Part shown: positions 1-8,667 of the stretch, piece after piece | Layout of the letters: each line of letters opens with the position of its first letter | Numbering within the stretch: the first letter of the stretch is position 1 | NCBI GenBank assembly: GCA_045863395.1 | Contig: BTVJ01000027.1 | Coordinates: 1-64,000 of the forward strand | Source: Myxococcales bacterium | GTDB lineage: Bacteria > Myxococcota_A > UBA9042 > JABWCM01 > BTVJ01 | DNA: 64,000 nucleotides | Direction: 5' to 3' | The notes under the pieces: model-generated | What the model was told of the DNA's origin: nothing | Database searches by the model: none | The model's input: only the letters and a program-made list of their open reading frames with translations | Program-made: the position numbers and the translations under genes

Positions 1-2
1 CC

Positions 3-62
3 GGCGGCGACACCGGCGGCGACACCGGCGGCGACACCGGCGGCGACACCGGCGGCGACACC
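3..62 (+). repeat. Tandem 12-bp repeat GGCGGCGACACC encoding a (GGDT)n linker
   Basis: Five perfect copies are visible at the start of the window. Confidence 0.9.
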
Positions 63-3000
63 GGCGGAGGAGACGCCACGGGCGACGCCGGCGGTGACGT
101 GGGCGGCGACACCGGCGGCACTCCCGGCATGGGCATCGACGAGGCGGAGGAGGCGGCGGTCGTCGCCACCGTCGGCTTCGACAAGGCGGTCTCCGCCAGC
201 ATCAGCGCCGGCCCGTGGGTCTTCCTGCTGTTCGAGGACAAGGACTGCGACGTCCTCGACGTGTCAGACCCGGCCTCGCCCGTCAAACGCGGCCCCATCG
301 TGACCGACGGCAAGGTCCTCGCCGTGGCCTGGGACGAGGCGAGCGGCATCGCGTACATCGCGGACGCGACCGGGGCCGTCCAGGCCATCGACATGAGCGC
401 CCTGGCCTTGGCAGAGGGGGCGCCCCCCAGCCTGGGCAAGCTCACGGTGCCCACCCTCGGCAAGGACGCGCTTCAGCTCGCGCGCATCGGTGACCGCCTC
501 TTCGTGCTCTCGGGCAGCACCCTTCAGCCGCTGGCCGTGACCCGCGGCACAGGGACGGTCTCCATCGCGCTTGAGGCGCCAGTGGTGCTCCCCGGTCCGG
601 CCACCCAGCTCGTCGCGGGTGGCGGGGCGCTGTTCGTCGGCGACGCGGCGGGCAAGGTCTCGGCGTGGAAGCCAGGGCAGGACGGCAAGCTGGCCAAGGG
701 CGCCGAGATCGCCGTCGGTGGCGATCTCAAGGGCTTGGTCGCGAAGGGCTCCCGCGTCATCGTGGCCTCGAAGGGCGTCGGCCTCCAAGTCCTGGACTTC
801 GGGCCCTCCACCCCGGCGCTCGTCTACGAGTCCCCGGAGGTCGACGACGTGACGAGCATCGGCCTCTTCGGCCGCACCGTCGTCCTCGGCCTGGAGCGCG
901 AGGCGGTCACCACCCTGGACGTGTCCGACTTCGGCTCCCCAAGGGCGCTCACCACCAACAAGGGCAAGCTCCCGGCCTGGATCGCGGTCACCGGCGGCAC
1001 GGTCGTGTTCGGCGGCGGCAAGAGCGGCGAGGTGGCCGGCGTGCCGCCCTTCGTGTCCGCGAGCATCCCGGGGCCGACCCGCGAGGCCATGCCCAGAAAC
1101 CGGCTCATCCCGGTGACCCTGAGCAAGCCGGTGTCACCGGCCTCGGTGACGCCTCAGACCGTGACCTTGAAGTGCGACGGCGTCGCCGTCGAGGGCGACC
1201 CCGTCCTGTCGCCCGAGGGCACCACGATTCGCTTCCGCCCCCGCTCCCCGATGCCTGCCGGCAAGTCCTGCTCCCTGGACCTGAGCGGCGTCAAGGACGG
1301 CCTGGGTCTCCCCGTGGCGTCTGCTGACGACGCGGTGACGTTCACGACGGCGACCGAGGCCGAGGAGGCGCCGGTGGTCAACCCGGGCAGCGCGTGGCCG
1401 CACACCGTCGACGGCGGCTTCACGGACTGGGTGTCCGGCGTGACGGAGCACGAGTGGTACGACGTGACCGCCGCCAAGGGCATGTACACCTACTTCTACG
1501 CGGACTTCGACGGCGAGAACCTCTGGATCCTGAACGACTGGTTCTACAACGGCGACGCCATCGAGCCGGACTGCTACAACCAGTTCTACGTCTACACGGG
1601 CGGCGGCGCCGAGGCCTGGGACGTGCGCGCCTACGGCGACCAGCACGTCGAGGTGCGGCGCAATGGCGAGCTGGTGGATCCGGAGACCGAGGGCGTCGAG
1701 GGTGCGGCCGCCTATGGGCCGTCTCCCAACCTGGACGAGCCGCACACCATGTACGAGATCCGGCTGCCGGCGCAGCCCGGCGCCTTCTGGGTGCAGCTCC
1801 ACGACCCGGGCCCGAGCTTCGCGTGCACGACCCTGGAGCAGGAGCCGACCCCCATGAACGGCCAGCTCGAGGCGGGCGAGGGCACCACCACCACGACCAT
1901 CACGCCTCCGGTCATCGCGGACCCCGCCCCCGTGACCCTGGTCGCACCCCAGAACGGGGCGGCCGCGGCCATGCCCGTCACGCTCCAGTGGGAGCTGCCC
2001 GAGGGGCAGGCGGGCATGGTGCAGGTGCAGGTGTCCATGTCCCAGAGCTTCACGAAGCCGGATCTGCTGATCGACGTGCTGACCTACGCGACGAGCTACC
2101 CGGTGCACGAGAAGCTGCTCAAGGGCGCGGGCCCCTGGCACTGGCGCGTCGTCGCGTGGACCACGGCTGGCTCCAAACCATCCCAGACATGGACCTTCTC
2201 CAAGAGCGGCGTGAGCGAGCTCATCGCCAACCCGGACCAGGCCTCCACCAAGGCGGGGGTCCCGGTGTTCATCCCGGTGTTGGCGAACGACCTGGGTGTG
2301 GAGCTGCGGGTCATCGACGTCATCCCCGGTGAGGGTGGATCGGTCGAGATCGGTCCAGACAACGGCGTGACCTACACGCCCAAGCAGGGCTTCACGGGCG
2401 CGGACACCTTCGTCTACATCGTGCAGGACGTGAACATGGCCACCGCCGAGGGCACCGTGTCGGTGCAGGTCCAGCCCGCGACGCCCGCGGAGGGCTTCGT
2501 GCTGCTGGACCAGGACCTGAGCGCCTGCTGCACCTTCACGCAGGTCATCACGGCGGACTTCGACGGCGACGGGCGTCCAGACGTGGCGGCGGTCAGCAAT
2601 GAGGCAGAGGCCGTCAGCGTGTTCCCCAACACGACGGTCCAAGGGGTGGCGAGCTTCGGTGCGCGCATCGACCTGGACGCGCAGAGCCCCGGGGCGCTCG
2701 CCGCCGGGGACCTCAACGGCGACGGGCGCCCCGACCTGGTGGTGGCGCACTCGGACATGGTCCGGGTGTTCCTGTCGAGCTCGGCCCAGCAGGTCGCCTT
2801 CTCTGCGGGGCAGGACTTCCCGGCGTTTGGCATTCCTCAGGCCGTGGCCGTCGGCGACCTGGACGGCGACAAGGTGCCTGACATCGCCACGGGCAACCTC
2901 CAGGGCAACGGCGTCACGGTGCTGCTCAACCGCACCACCGAGGGCTCCCTCGCCTTCACCCCGGCCCCGGGCATCCAGGGCTGCTACCCGAAGAAGGTGC

Positions 3001-3560
3001 TGATCGCTCCCATCAGCGCGGACACCCGCAACGACCTGGTCGTCGTTTGCGCCTCCGTGGGTGTCCTGACGAACCTGGCCGAGCCCGATGACGCCGTGTT
3101 CGCCGAGTTCTATGGCGTCGGCATGGGACCCGAGGCGGACGTGGTGGTCGCTGCCGACCTGAACGGTGACAACCGGGTGGACCTTGCGGTGACGCGGCCG
3201 GCGGCGTCCGCCGTCGAGACCGTCCTCAATGTGTCCTTGCCGGCCGGCCTCTCCTTCAAGCCTGCCGTGCAGGTGCTGCTGCCCTCTCAGCCTCGGGGGC
3301 TCGTCGCCGCGGAGCTGGCCGGCGGCGGACAGATGGACCTGGCCGTGGGTCTCTCCGTGGGTAGCGCGCTGGCCATCATCGAGAACCAGACGTCCAAGGG
3401 CTCGCTCGACTGGCTGTTCTCGGTGGACCAGCAGCCGGCCATCCCCGGCACCCCCTGGTCGCTGGCGTCCGCAGACTTCGACGCGAACGGACACGCGGAC
3501 CTCGCGATCACCGTGGAGTCGGCCGTCGAGATCCTGCTGAACTCGCCGCTGTCCCAGTAG
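3..3560 (+). CDS. Large secreted/surface multidomain protein, 5'-truncated by the window edge (GGDT linker, LVIVD-like propeller, SbsA/Big_5 Ig-like, Big_9/cadherin-like, C-terminal FG-GAP repeats)
   Basis: The frame of ORF 99..3560 is open back to position 3 (GGDT repeats). FG-GAP motifs ADFDGDGRPDV, GDLNGDGRPDL, GDLDGDKVPDI; Ig-like VLAND...YTP...FTG.DTF.Y motif. Confidence 0.8.
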   Translation, partial: GGDTGGDTGGDTGGDTGGDTGGGDATGDAGGDVGGDTGGTPGMGIDEAEEAAVVATVGFDKAVSASISAGPWVFLLFEDKDCDVLDVSDPASPVKRGPIVTDGKVLAVAWDEASGIAYIADATGAVQAIDMSALALAEGAPPSLGKLTVPTLGKDALQLARIGDRLFVLSGSTLQPLAVTRGTGTVSIALEAPVVLPGPATQLVAGGGALFVGDAAGKVSAWKPGQDGKLAKGAEIAVGGDLKGLVAKGSRVIVASKGVGLQVLDFGPSTPALVYESPEVDDVTSIGLFGRTVVLGLEREAVTTLDVSDFGSPRALTTNKGKLPAWIAVTGGTVVFGGGKSGEVAGVPPFVSASIPGPTREAMPRNRLIPVTLSKPVSPASVTPQTVTLKCDGVAVEGDPVLSPEGTTIRFRPRSPMPAGKSCSLDLSGVKDGLGLPVASADDAVTFTTATEAEEAPVVNPGSAWPHTVDGGFTDWVSGVTEHEWYDVTAAKGMYTYFYADFDGENLWILNDWFYNGDAIEPDCYNQFYVYTGGGAEAWDVRAYGDQHVEVRRNGELVDPETEGVEGAAAYGPSPNLDEPHTMYEIRLPAQPGAFWVQLHDPGPSFACTTLEQEPTPMNGQLEAGEGTTTTTITPPVIADPAPVTLVAPQNGAAAAMPVTLQWELPEGQAGMVQVQVSMSQSFTKPDLLIDVLTYATSYPVHEKLLKGAGPWHWRVVAWTTAGSKPSQTWTFSKSGVSELIANPDQASTKAGVPVFIPVLANDLGVELRVIDVIPGEGGSVEIGPDNGVTYTPKQGFTGADTFVYIVQDVNMATAEGTVSVQVQPATPAEGFVLLDQDLSACCTFTQVITADFDGDGRPDVAAVSNEAEAVSVFPNTTVQGVASFGARIDLDAQSPGALAAGDLNGDGRPDLVVAHSDMVRVFLSSSAQQVAFSAGQDFPAFGIPQAVAVGDLDGDKVPDIATGNLQGNGVTVLLNRTTEGSLAFTPAPGIQGCYPKKVLIAPISADTRNDLVVVCASVGVLTNLAEPDDAVFAEFYGVGMGPEADVVVAADLNGDNRVDLAVTRPAASAVETVLNVSLPAGLSFKPAVQVLLPSQPRGLVAAELAGGGQMDLAVGLSVGSALAIIENQTSKGSLDWLFSVDQQPAIPGTPWSLASADFDANGHADLAITVESAVEILLNSPLSQ

Positions 3561-3661
3561 CTCGACCCTCCACCTCTCGCGGCCGCGCTGGTGTCGCTCC
3601 GCTCTTCTCGGCGCCGCGCACTCCAAGTCTTCGCCGTGTGCCGCCCACCAAGATTGAGCCA

Positions 3662-3690
3662 TTGCCCTCACAGGCCGGCGCGTATACCCT
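3662..3690 (+). promoter_or_regulatory. Putative sigma70-type promoter upstream of the AAA ATPase
   Basis: TTGCCC-N17-TACCCT, about 34 bp before ATG 3724. Confidence 0.35.
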
Positions 3691-3723
3691 GATCCGGCTC
3701 CAGAGTGATCCGCACGCGCGAGG

Positions 3724-5802
3724 ATGCACGCCGTGGACACGCCTCCGAGGACCGCCTACGAGGACTTCTGCCGGCAGGTCGCCGCCGACACCGCAGGCTG
3801 GGCGCTCGCGCTGCTCGGGCTGCGGGCGGCCACCAGCGATCTGCCGGCATGGCAGGCGGAGTACCTCGCGGGGAGTGACCGGCGCAAGGCCACGTTGCAG
3901 GCGGGGGCTGCGGCAGGGCTGATGCCGCCGGCGCAGCGGGTGGCGGAGACCTTCAGTCTGGACGCCGCCGACCGCCTCCTGCTGGACGTCTTGTTCGCCT
4001 CGGCCGTCGACGGTCGGGTGTGGGAGCGGCTCAAGCAGCTTCACCCGACGAGCAAGGACTGGCTGGACGTGGACCTGCTGGCCCGGGCCGTGGCCGAGAC
4101 CCCCGATGACCTCCCGCTCCTCGTGGGGCGCTTCCTGCCCGACGCGCCACTCGCTGACGCACAGCTCGTGGAGCTGCGCGGCGCGGGTGAGTGGGCCACG
4201 CCGCTGCTCGTGCGGCGTGTCACCCTCTCCGGTGACATCTTCGCCTGGCTGCTCGGGCAGTCCCCCGAGGACGATCTCTCGCGGCAGGTGGGCCGCGTCT
4301 TTCAGCCCGTCGAGCAGTTGCTGGACGTCGTGCTCCCCGTCGCGAAGAAGGCCGAGCTGGAGCGGGCGCTGCGCGGCTGCTTCCGGGTCGCTGACGCCCA
4401 ACCAAGTCCGCCCGTCCTCGTGCTCAAGGGTCCCGCCGGCTGCGGAAAGACCGTGCTGGCGCGGGCGCTGGCGCGGGAGGTTGGGGCCTCCGTCGTCGAG
4501 CTCGACGGGCGCCGGCTCGGACGCTCGACCCCGGGCATGATCGGGTTCCATCTGCAGCGTGCCTGCAGGACCGCTCGCCTCGCTGGGGCCGTCGTGGTCG
4601 TCGATCCCGGGGAGGCGGTGCTCGCCGCGGGCCCCGCCGCCGAGGCCGCGCTCGTGGCGGCGCTCCGCCTGGCCGACGCCGCGGTGATCGTGACTTGTGA
4701 GACGGGCGAGGCGGTCCGGGCCCTCGGGCGCGTGGCTCGGGAGACCGTCCCGCTGGAGGGGGCCGGGGCCGCCGAGCGGGCACAGCTCTGGGAGGTGTTC
4801 CTCCCGCCCGACGTGCCGCTGGCCAGCGACGTGAACCTGGACGCGCTCGCCGAGCAGTTCGATCTGGACGGGCGGGCAATCGCCAAGGCGGCCTCCTGGG
4901 CGCGGTCTGCGGCCGCTGGCCGCTCGACTCCCGTCACGCAGGCGGATCTGCTGGGGGGGGCCTGGGTGCAGCTCGGAGAGTCGGACGGTCGCTCCCTGCG
5001 CCGCCCCCGGCGCCTCGGCGTGGACTCGCTCGTGCTCCCGGACGAGTGCCAGGGCGAGGTCCTCGCCTTGCTGGAGGCGTGCCGCTCTCGGAGCGACGTC
5101 CTCGCCCGCTGGGGCTTCTCACGGAGCCTGAGCACCGGCAAGGCCGTGACCGCCTTGCTGGTCGGCGAGCCCGGCACCGGCAAGACCCTCTGTGTGGACG
5201 TCCTGGCAGGTGAGCTGGGGATGCCCATCCTGGAGATCAGCATCCCGGACATCCTGTCCAAGTGGATCGGCGAGACGGAGCAGCGGCTGCGGGAGGTGTT
5301 CGCGGAGGCGCGGGCGCGTCAGGCCATCCTGCTTTTCGACGAGGCGGACTCACTGCTGACAAACCGGGTCCGGGTAGAGACCTCGTCCGACCGGTACTCG
5401 AACATCCAGGTCAACGTCCTCCTGCAGGAGATAGATCGTTTCGAGGGCATCCTCGTTCTGACCACGAACCTGGACCGCAGCATGGACGAGGCGCTGCGGA
5501 GGCGGATCCTGTTCAAGATCACCTTCCCGTTCCCGGACGCCACCCTGCGGGCGGCGCTCTGGGAGCGGCTGATGCCGCCGGAGCTCCCGGTGGCGGGACG
5601 CCTCGACCCGGCCCACCTGGGACGGTCCTACGAGCTCGCAGGCGGGCACATCCGCAACGTGATCCTGCGAGGGGCTTACGCCGCCATGGGGCGAGGCACC
5701 CCGCTGACCCTGGAAGATCTCGAGGCCGCCGCCGCCCAGGAGTGTCGGGCGACCGGCAAACTCGTCCGTTCCACCCTTCAGACCAGAGGAGCGAGATCAT
5801 GA
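3724..5802 (+). CDS. Tandem-domain AAA+ ATPase, Afp15/Pvc15-like
   Basis: Walker A GPAGCGKT and GEPGTGKT; Walker B LFDEADSL; SSDRYSN..VNVLLQEIDRFEGILVLTTN signature; the first AAA domain has a degenerate Walker B. Confidence 0.85.
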   Translation: MHAVDTPPRTAYEDFCRQVAADTAGWALALLGLRAATSDLPAWQAEYLAGSDRRKATLQAGAAAGLMPPAQRVAETFSLDAADRLLLDVLFASAVDGRVWERLKQLHPTSKDWLDVDLLARAVAETPDDLPLLVGRFLPDAPLADAQLVELRGAGEWATPLLVRRVTLSGDIFAWLLGQSPEDDLSRQVGRVFQPVEQLLDVVLPVAKKAELERALRGCFRVADAQPSPPVLVLKGPAGCGKTVLARALAREVGASVVELDGRRLGRSTPGMIGFHLQRACRTARLAGAVVVVDPGEAVLAAGPAAEAALVAALRLADAAVIVTCETGEAVRALGRVARETVPLEGAGAAERAQLWEVFLPPDVPLASDVNLDALAEQFDLDGRAIAKAASWARSAAAGRSTPVTQADLLGGAWVQLGESDGRSLRRPRRLGVDSLVLPDECQGEVLALLEACRSRSDVLARWGFSRSLSTGKAVTALLVGEPGTGKTLCVDVLAGELGMPILEISIPDILSKWIGETEQRLREVFAEARARQAILLFDEADSLLTNRVRVETSSDRYSNIQVNVLLQEIDRFEGILVLTTNLDRSMDEALRRRILFKITFPFPDATLRAALWERLMPPELPVAGRLDPAHLGRSYELAGGHIRNVILRGAYAAMGRGTPLTLEDLEAAAAQECRATGKLVRSTLQTRGARS

Positions 5803-6815
5803 CGCAGAAGACTCGAAGTCGGGCAGAGGAGGAGCGCCCCACAGGGGACCACCAGTCGCAGGAGCGGCGGGCGCCTGGGGAAGGGGGACCGCAGGAGGGG
5901 ACGACCAGCGATCTGATCATCGCCGGGGCCGGTGTGCTCTTCGGGCCGCTGGGGACCATGGTCGCGCAGGGGCTCCTCGGGGGCGGTGGCGCACAGCAGG
6001 GTCAGCAGGCCCAACAGGGTCAGCAGCAGGGCGGCGGTACTGGAAACCAGACGCCCGCCCAGACTCCGACCGCGACCCTCAGCGCGCCAGCGGTTGTCAC
6101 CGTCGGCGACAACGTGAACCTGACGGCCGCCGTGGCCGGTGGGACGGCGACGGGCTACACGTTCGAGATCAAGCGGGCGTCGGGGGGGAGCTGGTTCGCG
6201 CTGGGAACGGGCACCGCTGCGCAGGCGTCCGTGCGGATGCGGTGCCCTGGCAACATGAAGGTGCGGGTGACCGCCCAGACGGCGGCGGCGCCAGCAGTCT
6301 CGAACGAGGTGGCCGTCCTGGTCCAGTTCATGGACCTGGCGACCGTCAAGACCAACGCCACCTGCGTCGCCTGGTTCAACGCGGCCTGGGCGTCCACCAA
6401 GGCTGCGACCAGCGACGGGAGCCGGCGCGAGGAGGGCTTCTGGATTCAGTACAACTCCACGACCCTGGCGTACCAGAAGGCCGGGGAGACGGTGGGGAAC
6501 ACGGTCAACAACACCACTGGCGCGGCTCTCAACGGCTTCCCGGCGGCTCCGGCGGACAGCCCCGCGGCTCCCGCCCCCAACGCGGGTGGGACCTTCACGG
6601 TCGCCTGGTACCACACCCACACGCCGACCCGGTGGCGGACCGGCGGGCGCGGGACGGGGCCCTCGGACGGTGACTACAGGTGGTCCACCACCTACGGTCG
6701 TCCTGGGCTCGCCCACGACTACACGGTCAACCCGGCGCCCGAGGGGCACCCCATCGACTCGCCCGTGCAGCTCTACGACGTGGTGCCGCCCTCACGGAGG
6801 GCGACCCCCCCATGA
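5799..6815 (+). CDS. Putative effector/toxin: low-complexity N-terminal leader, Ig/PKD-like domain, C-terminal JAB/MPN-like (DUF4329-like) metallo-domain
   Basis: ATG 5799 overlaps the ATPase stop (ATGA). Motif RREEGFWI...WYHTHTP...GPSDGD fits E...HxH...SxxD. Confidence 0.65.
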   Translation: MTQKTRSRAEEERPTGDHQSQERRAPGEGGPQEGTTSDLIIAGAGVLFGPLGTMVAQGLLGGGGAQQGQQAQQGQQQGGGTGNQTPAQTPTATLSAPAVVTVGDNVNLTAAVAGGTATGYTFEIKRASGGSWFALGTGTAAQASVRMRCPGNMKVRVTAQTAAAPAVSNEVAVLVQFMDLATVKTNATCVAWFNAAWASTKAATSDGSRREEGFWIQYNSTTLAYQKAGETVGNTVNNTTGAALNGFPAAPADSPAAPAPNAGGTFTVAWYHTHTPTRWRTGGRGTGPSDGDYRWSTTYGRPGLAHDYTVNPAPEGHPIDSPVQLYDVVPPSRRATPP

Positions 6816-7141
6816 GCCGCGCAACCCTGCTCATGGGCGCGCTGCTCCTCGCAGCGTGCCCTTCCCAGCCGGCGGCCCAAGCGCCGGCCCCACCGACGCC
6901 CGCCGCAGCCAAGGGAGGTGAGACGGTGATCACGCCCCAGAAGGCCATCGACGTCGCCACCGCGCACATCGCCGGGAAGGTCACCATCTCCCCGGACTCC
7001 ACCCTGGAGGTCGAGGAGACGGACACCACCTTCGTCGTGGAGTGGCGCCGCCACATCGACTACCCGGGCCCGGACTATGACGCGCGAATCGTCGTAGACA
7101 AGAAGACCGGCGCAGTGGTCGACTTCCTGGTCGGAGGCTGA
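6812..7141 (+). CDS. Small lipoprotein, candidate immunity protein (PepSY/NTF2-like immunity fold)
   Basis: ATGA overlap with the upstream stop; lipobox LLLAAC; ITPQKAIDVA...W...IVVDKKTGAV pattern. Confidence 0.6.
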   Translation: MSRATLLMGALLLAACPSQPAAQAPAPPTPAAAKGGETVITPQKAIDVATAHIAGKVTISPDSTLEVEETDTTFVVEWRRHIDYPGPDYDARIVVDKKTGAVVDFLVGG

Positions 7142-7146
7142 GCGCC

Positions 7147-7623
7147 ATGGCCCCCACTGGCGAGACAGACCTCCAGGCAGCCCCGGGACTGCTGGTCGCC
7201 TTCCACTATCGCCTCCTCGACGCGGAGGGCGACATGCTCGACGTGACCGTAGAGCCGATCCGGGCGATCCTGGGGACGGGGAGGCTCGTGGCGGGGTTGG
7301 AGCAGTCGCTGCACGGCCGCAGGGCGGGTGAGCGCTATGTCGTCGAGCTCGCGCCCGCCCTCGCGTACGGTGAGTACGACGCAGACGCGGTGCGCGCCAT
7401 CCCGCGCGCCGCCTTCCCGGAGGACGCCGTTCTTGGTGTGGGCGCGCAGCACGAGGCGGCGGCGGACGACGGCACGAGCCTCCCCTTCTGGGTCGCCGAG
7501 GTGGACGGCGACACGGTCGTCGCGGACTTCAACCACCCCTTTGCCGGCATGGACGTGGCCTTCGACGTGCTGGTCCTCGAGGTTCGCCGCCCGACCCTGG
7601 GGGAGCTCAGCGAGCTGCGGTGA
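7147..7623 (+). CDS. slyD: FKBP-type peptidyl-prolyl isomerase, SlyD-like (no His-rich tail)
   Basis: GLEQSLHG, AYGEYD and DFNHPFAG motifs. Confidence 0.85.
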   Translation: MAPTGETDLQAAPGLLVAFHYRLLDAEGDMLDVTVEPIRAILGTGRLVAGLEQSLHGRRAGERYVVELAPALAYGEYDADAVRAIPRAAFPEDAVLGVGAQHEAAADDGTSLPFWVAEVDGDTVVADFNHPFAGMDVAFDVLVLEVRRPTLGELSELR

Positions 7624-7628
7624 CCCGG

Positions 7629-8663
7629 TCAGCGTCCCGGATGCACCGCGTCGATGAGGCGCTCCGTGTAGACTGCCGCCGCGTCCTCCGTCAGGTGGTC
7701 GACGTTCTCCATGTCCTCGTCCGGGAAGCGCACGGGGTCGCGCAACACGACTCGCATGTGGTCATGGCCAGCGGCCACCTCCGCGAGCCCCCTCATGGTG
7801 GCGTCGAAGTAGCGGCGGAAGTGCGGGTCTCCCCAGACCCCCTCCCACAGGGGGCCCGACGCCAGCCAGACGTCGAAGCCGTGGCGGTCGGACAGCTCGC
7901 CAATCTGCTCCAGGGCGTCGCGATTGATGGGCGACAGGGAGAATCGCTGGGAGCGTGTGAACTGTAGGTGCTCGCGAGCATCCTTGCGCACGTTCTTCGG
8001 ATTCGGCTCATCGAGCCCCATGAAGCCGTCTTCGGTGAGCTCGAAGTCCCGGTCGAGGACAAGCGACGGGTGGTGGAGCCACGACGCCAGGGTCTTGTTC
8101 TCGGCCCAGAGCGGCAGGTAGCGGGCCACGAAGAGCTTGTTCTCCTGGCTCGAGTCGAGACTGACCGCGGGGTCCAGGTCCTCCCAGAAGTCCCAGGGCA
8201 GCGGGATCTTGGCGAGGAGCGGCTGGCGATTCAGGAAGCGCACGTCCCTGTACCACATGTCATAGACGTGCACGACGACCACGTGCCTCGGAGAGCCGTA
8301 GTCCTCGATGTAGCGCTCGAGCATCCACGCGTCGTTGACTGCGAGGAGGTCGCCTACGGTGCAGAGGTTGACGGCGGACTCGCCGAGCCGAGTCTCGAAC
8401 ACGTCTGGCCGCACTCCCTGGTTGCAGCTCGAATCTCCCAGGATCAGCCAGTCCACCGGCTCGTCCAGTGAGTCCAGCAGATCCCACTTCTGGTGGACGA
8501 GCCAGTAGCCTCGGTTGGTGGTCAGCTCCTCCAGGGCCTCGCCGGCGAGGGCGTTGAGGCCGAGGGTCGAGGCCACGGCGAGGGTCAGGATCAGGGCGAC
8601 CTGGCGCGCGCGCGTCGGGGTGGGCAGCTCGGTCGGGAGCCAGTCTCTGGGTCTCTGTGTCAT
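7629..8663 (-). CDS. Membrane-anchored SGNH-fold protein (AlgJ/DltD/PatB-like partner of the MBOAT)
   Basis: N-terminal TM helix, ILGDSS block I motif, C-terminal NVDHL; lies directly downstream of the MBOAT gene. Confidence 0.65.
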   Translation of the reverse strand: MTQRPRDWLPTELPTPTRARQVALILTLAVASTLGLNALAGEALEELTTNRGYWLVHQKWDLLDSLDEPVDWLILGDSSCNQGVRPDVFETRLGESAVNLCTVGDLLAVNDAWMLERYIEDYGSPRHVVVVHVYDMWYRDVRFLNRQPLLAKIPLPWDFWEDLDPAVSLDSSQENKLFVARYLPLWAENKTLASWLHHPSLVLDRDFELTEDGFMGLDEPNPKNVRKDAREHLQFTRSQRFSLSPINRDALEQIGELSDRHGFDVWLASGPLWEGVWGDPHFRRYFDATMRGLAEVAAGHDHMRVVLRDPVRFPDEDMENVDHLTEDAAAVYTERLIDAVHPGR

Positions 8664-8667
8664 CTCG

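Noticed and set aside
3..62. Short tandem repeats here, at 45200-45360, 46486-46702 and 58474-58610 as possible CRISPR arrays
   Set aside because: There are no unique spacers, unit lengths are multiples of three and in frame within lipoprotein linkers, and no cas genes are present.
5262..5798. Upstream extensions of ORF-track calls (e.g. 5262, 6680, 10009, 23928, 24779, 27414, 28562, 54328)
   Set aside because: They overlap neighbouring real genes; downstream starts with an RBS or stop/start overlap fit better.
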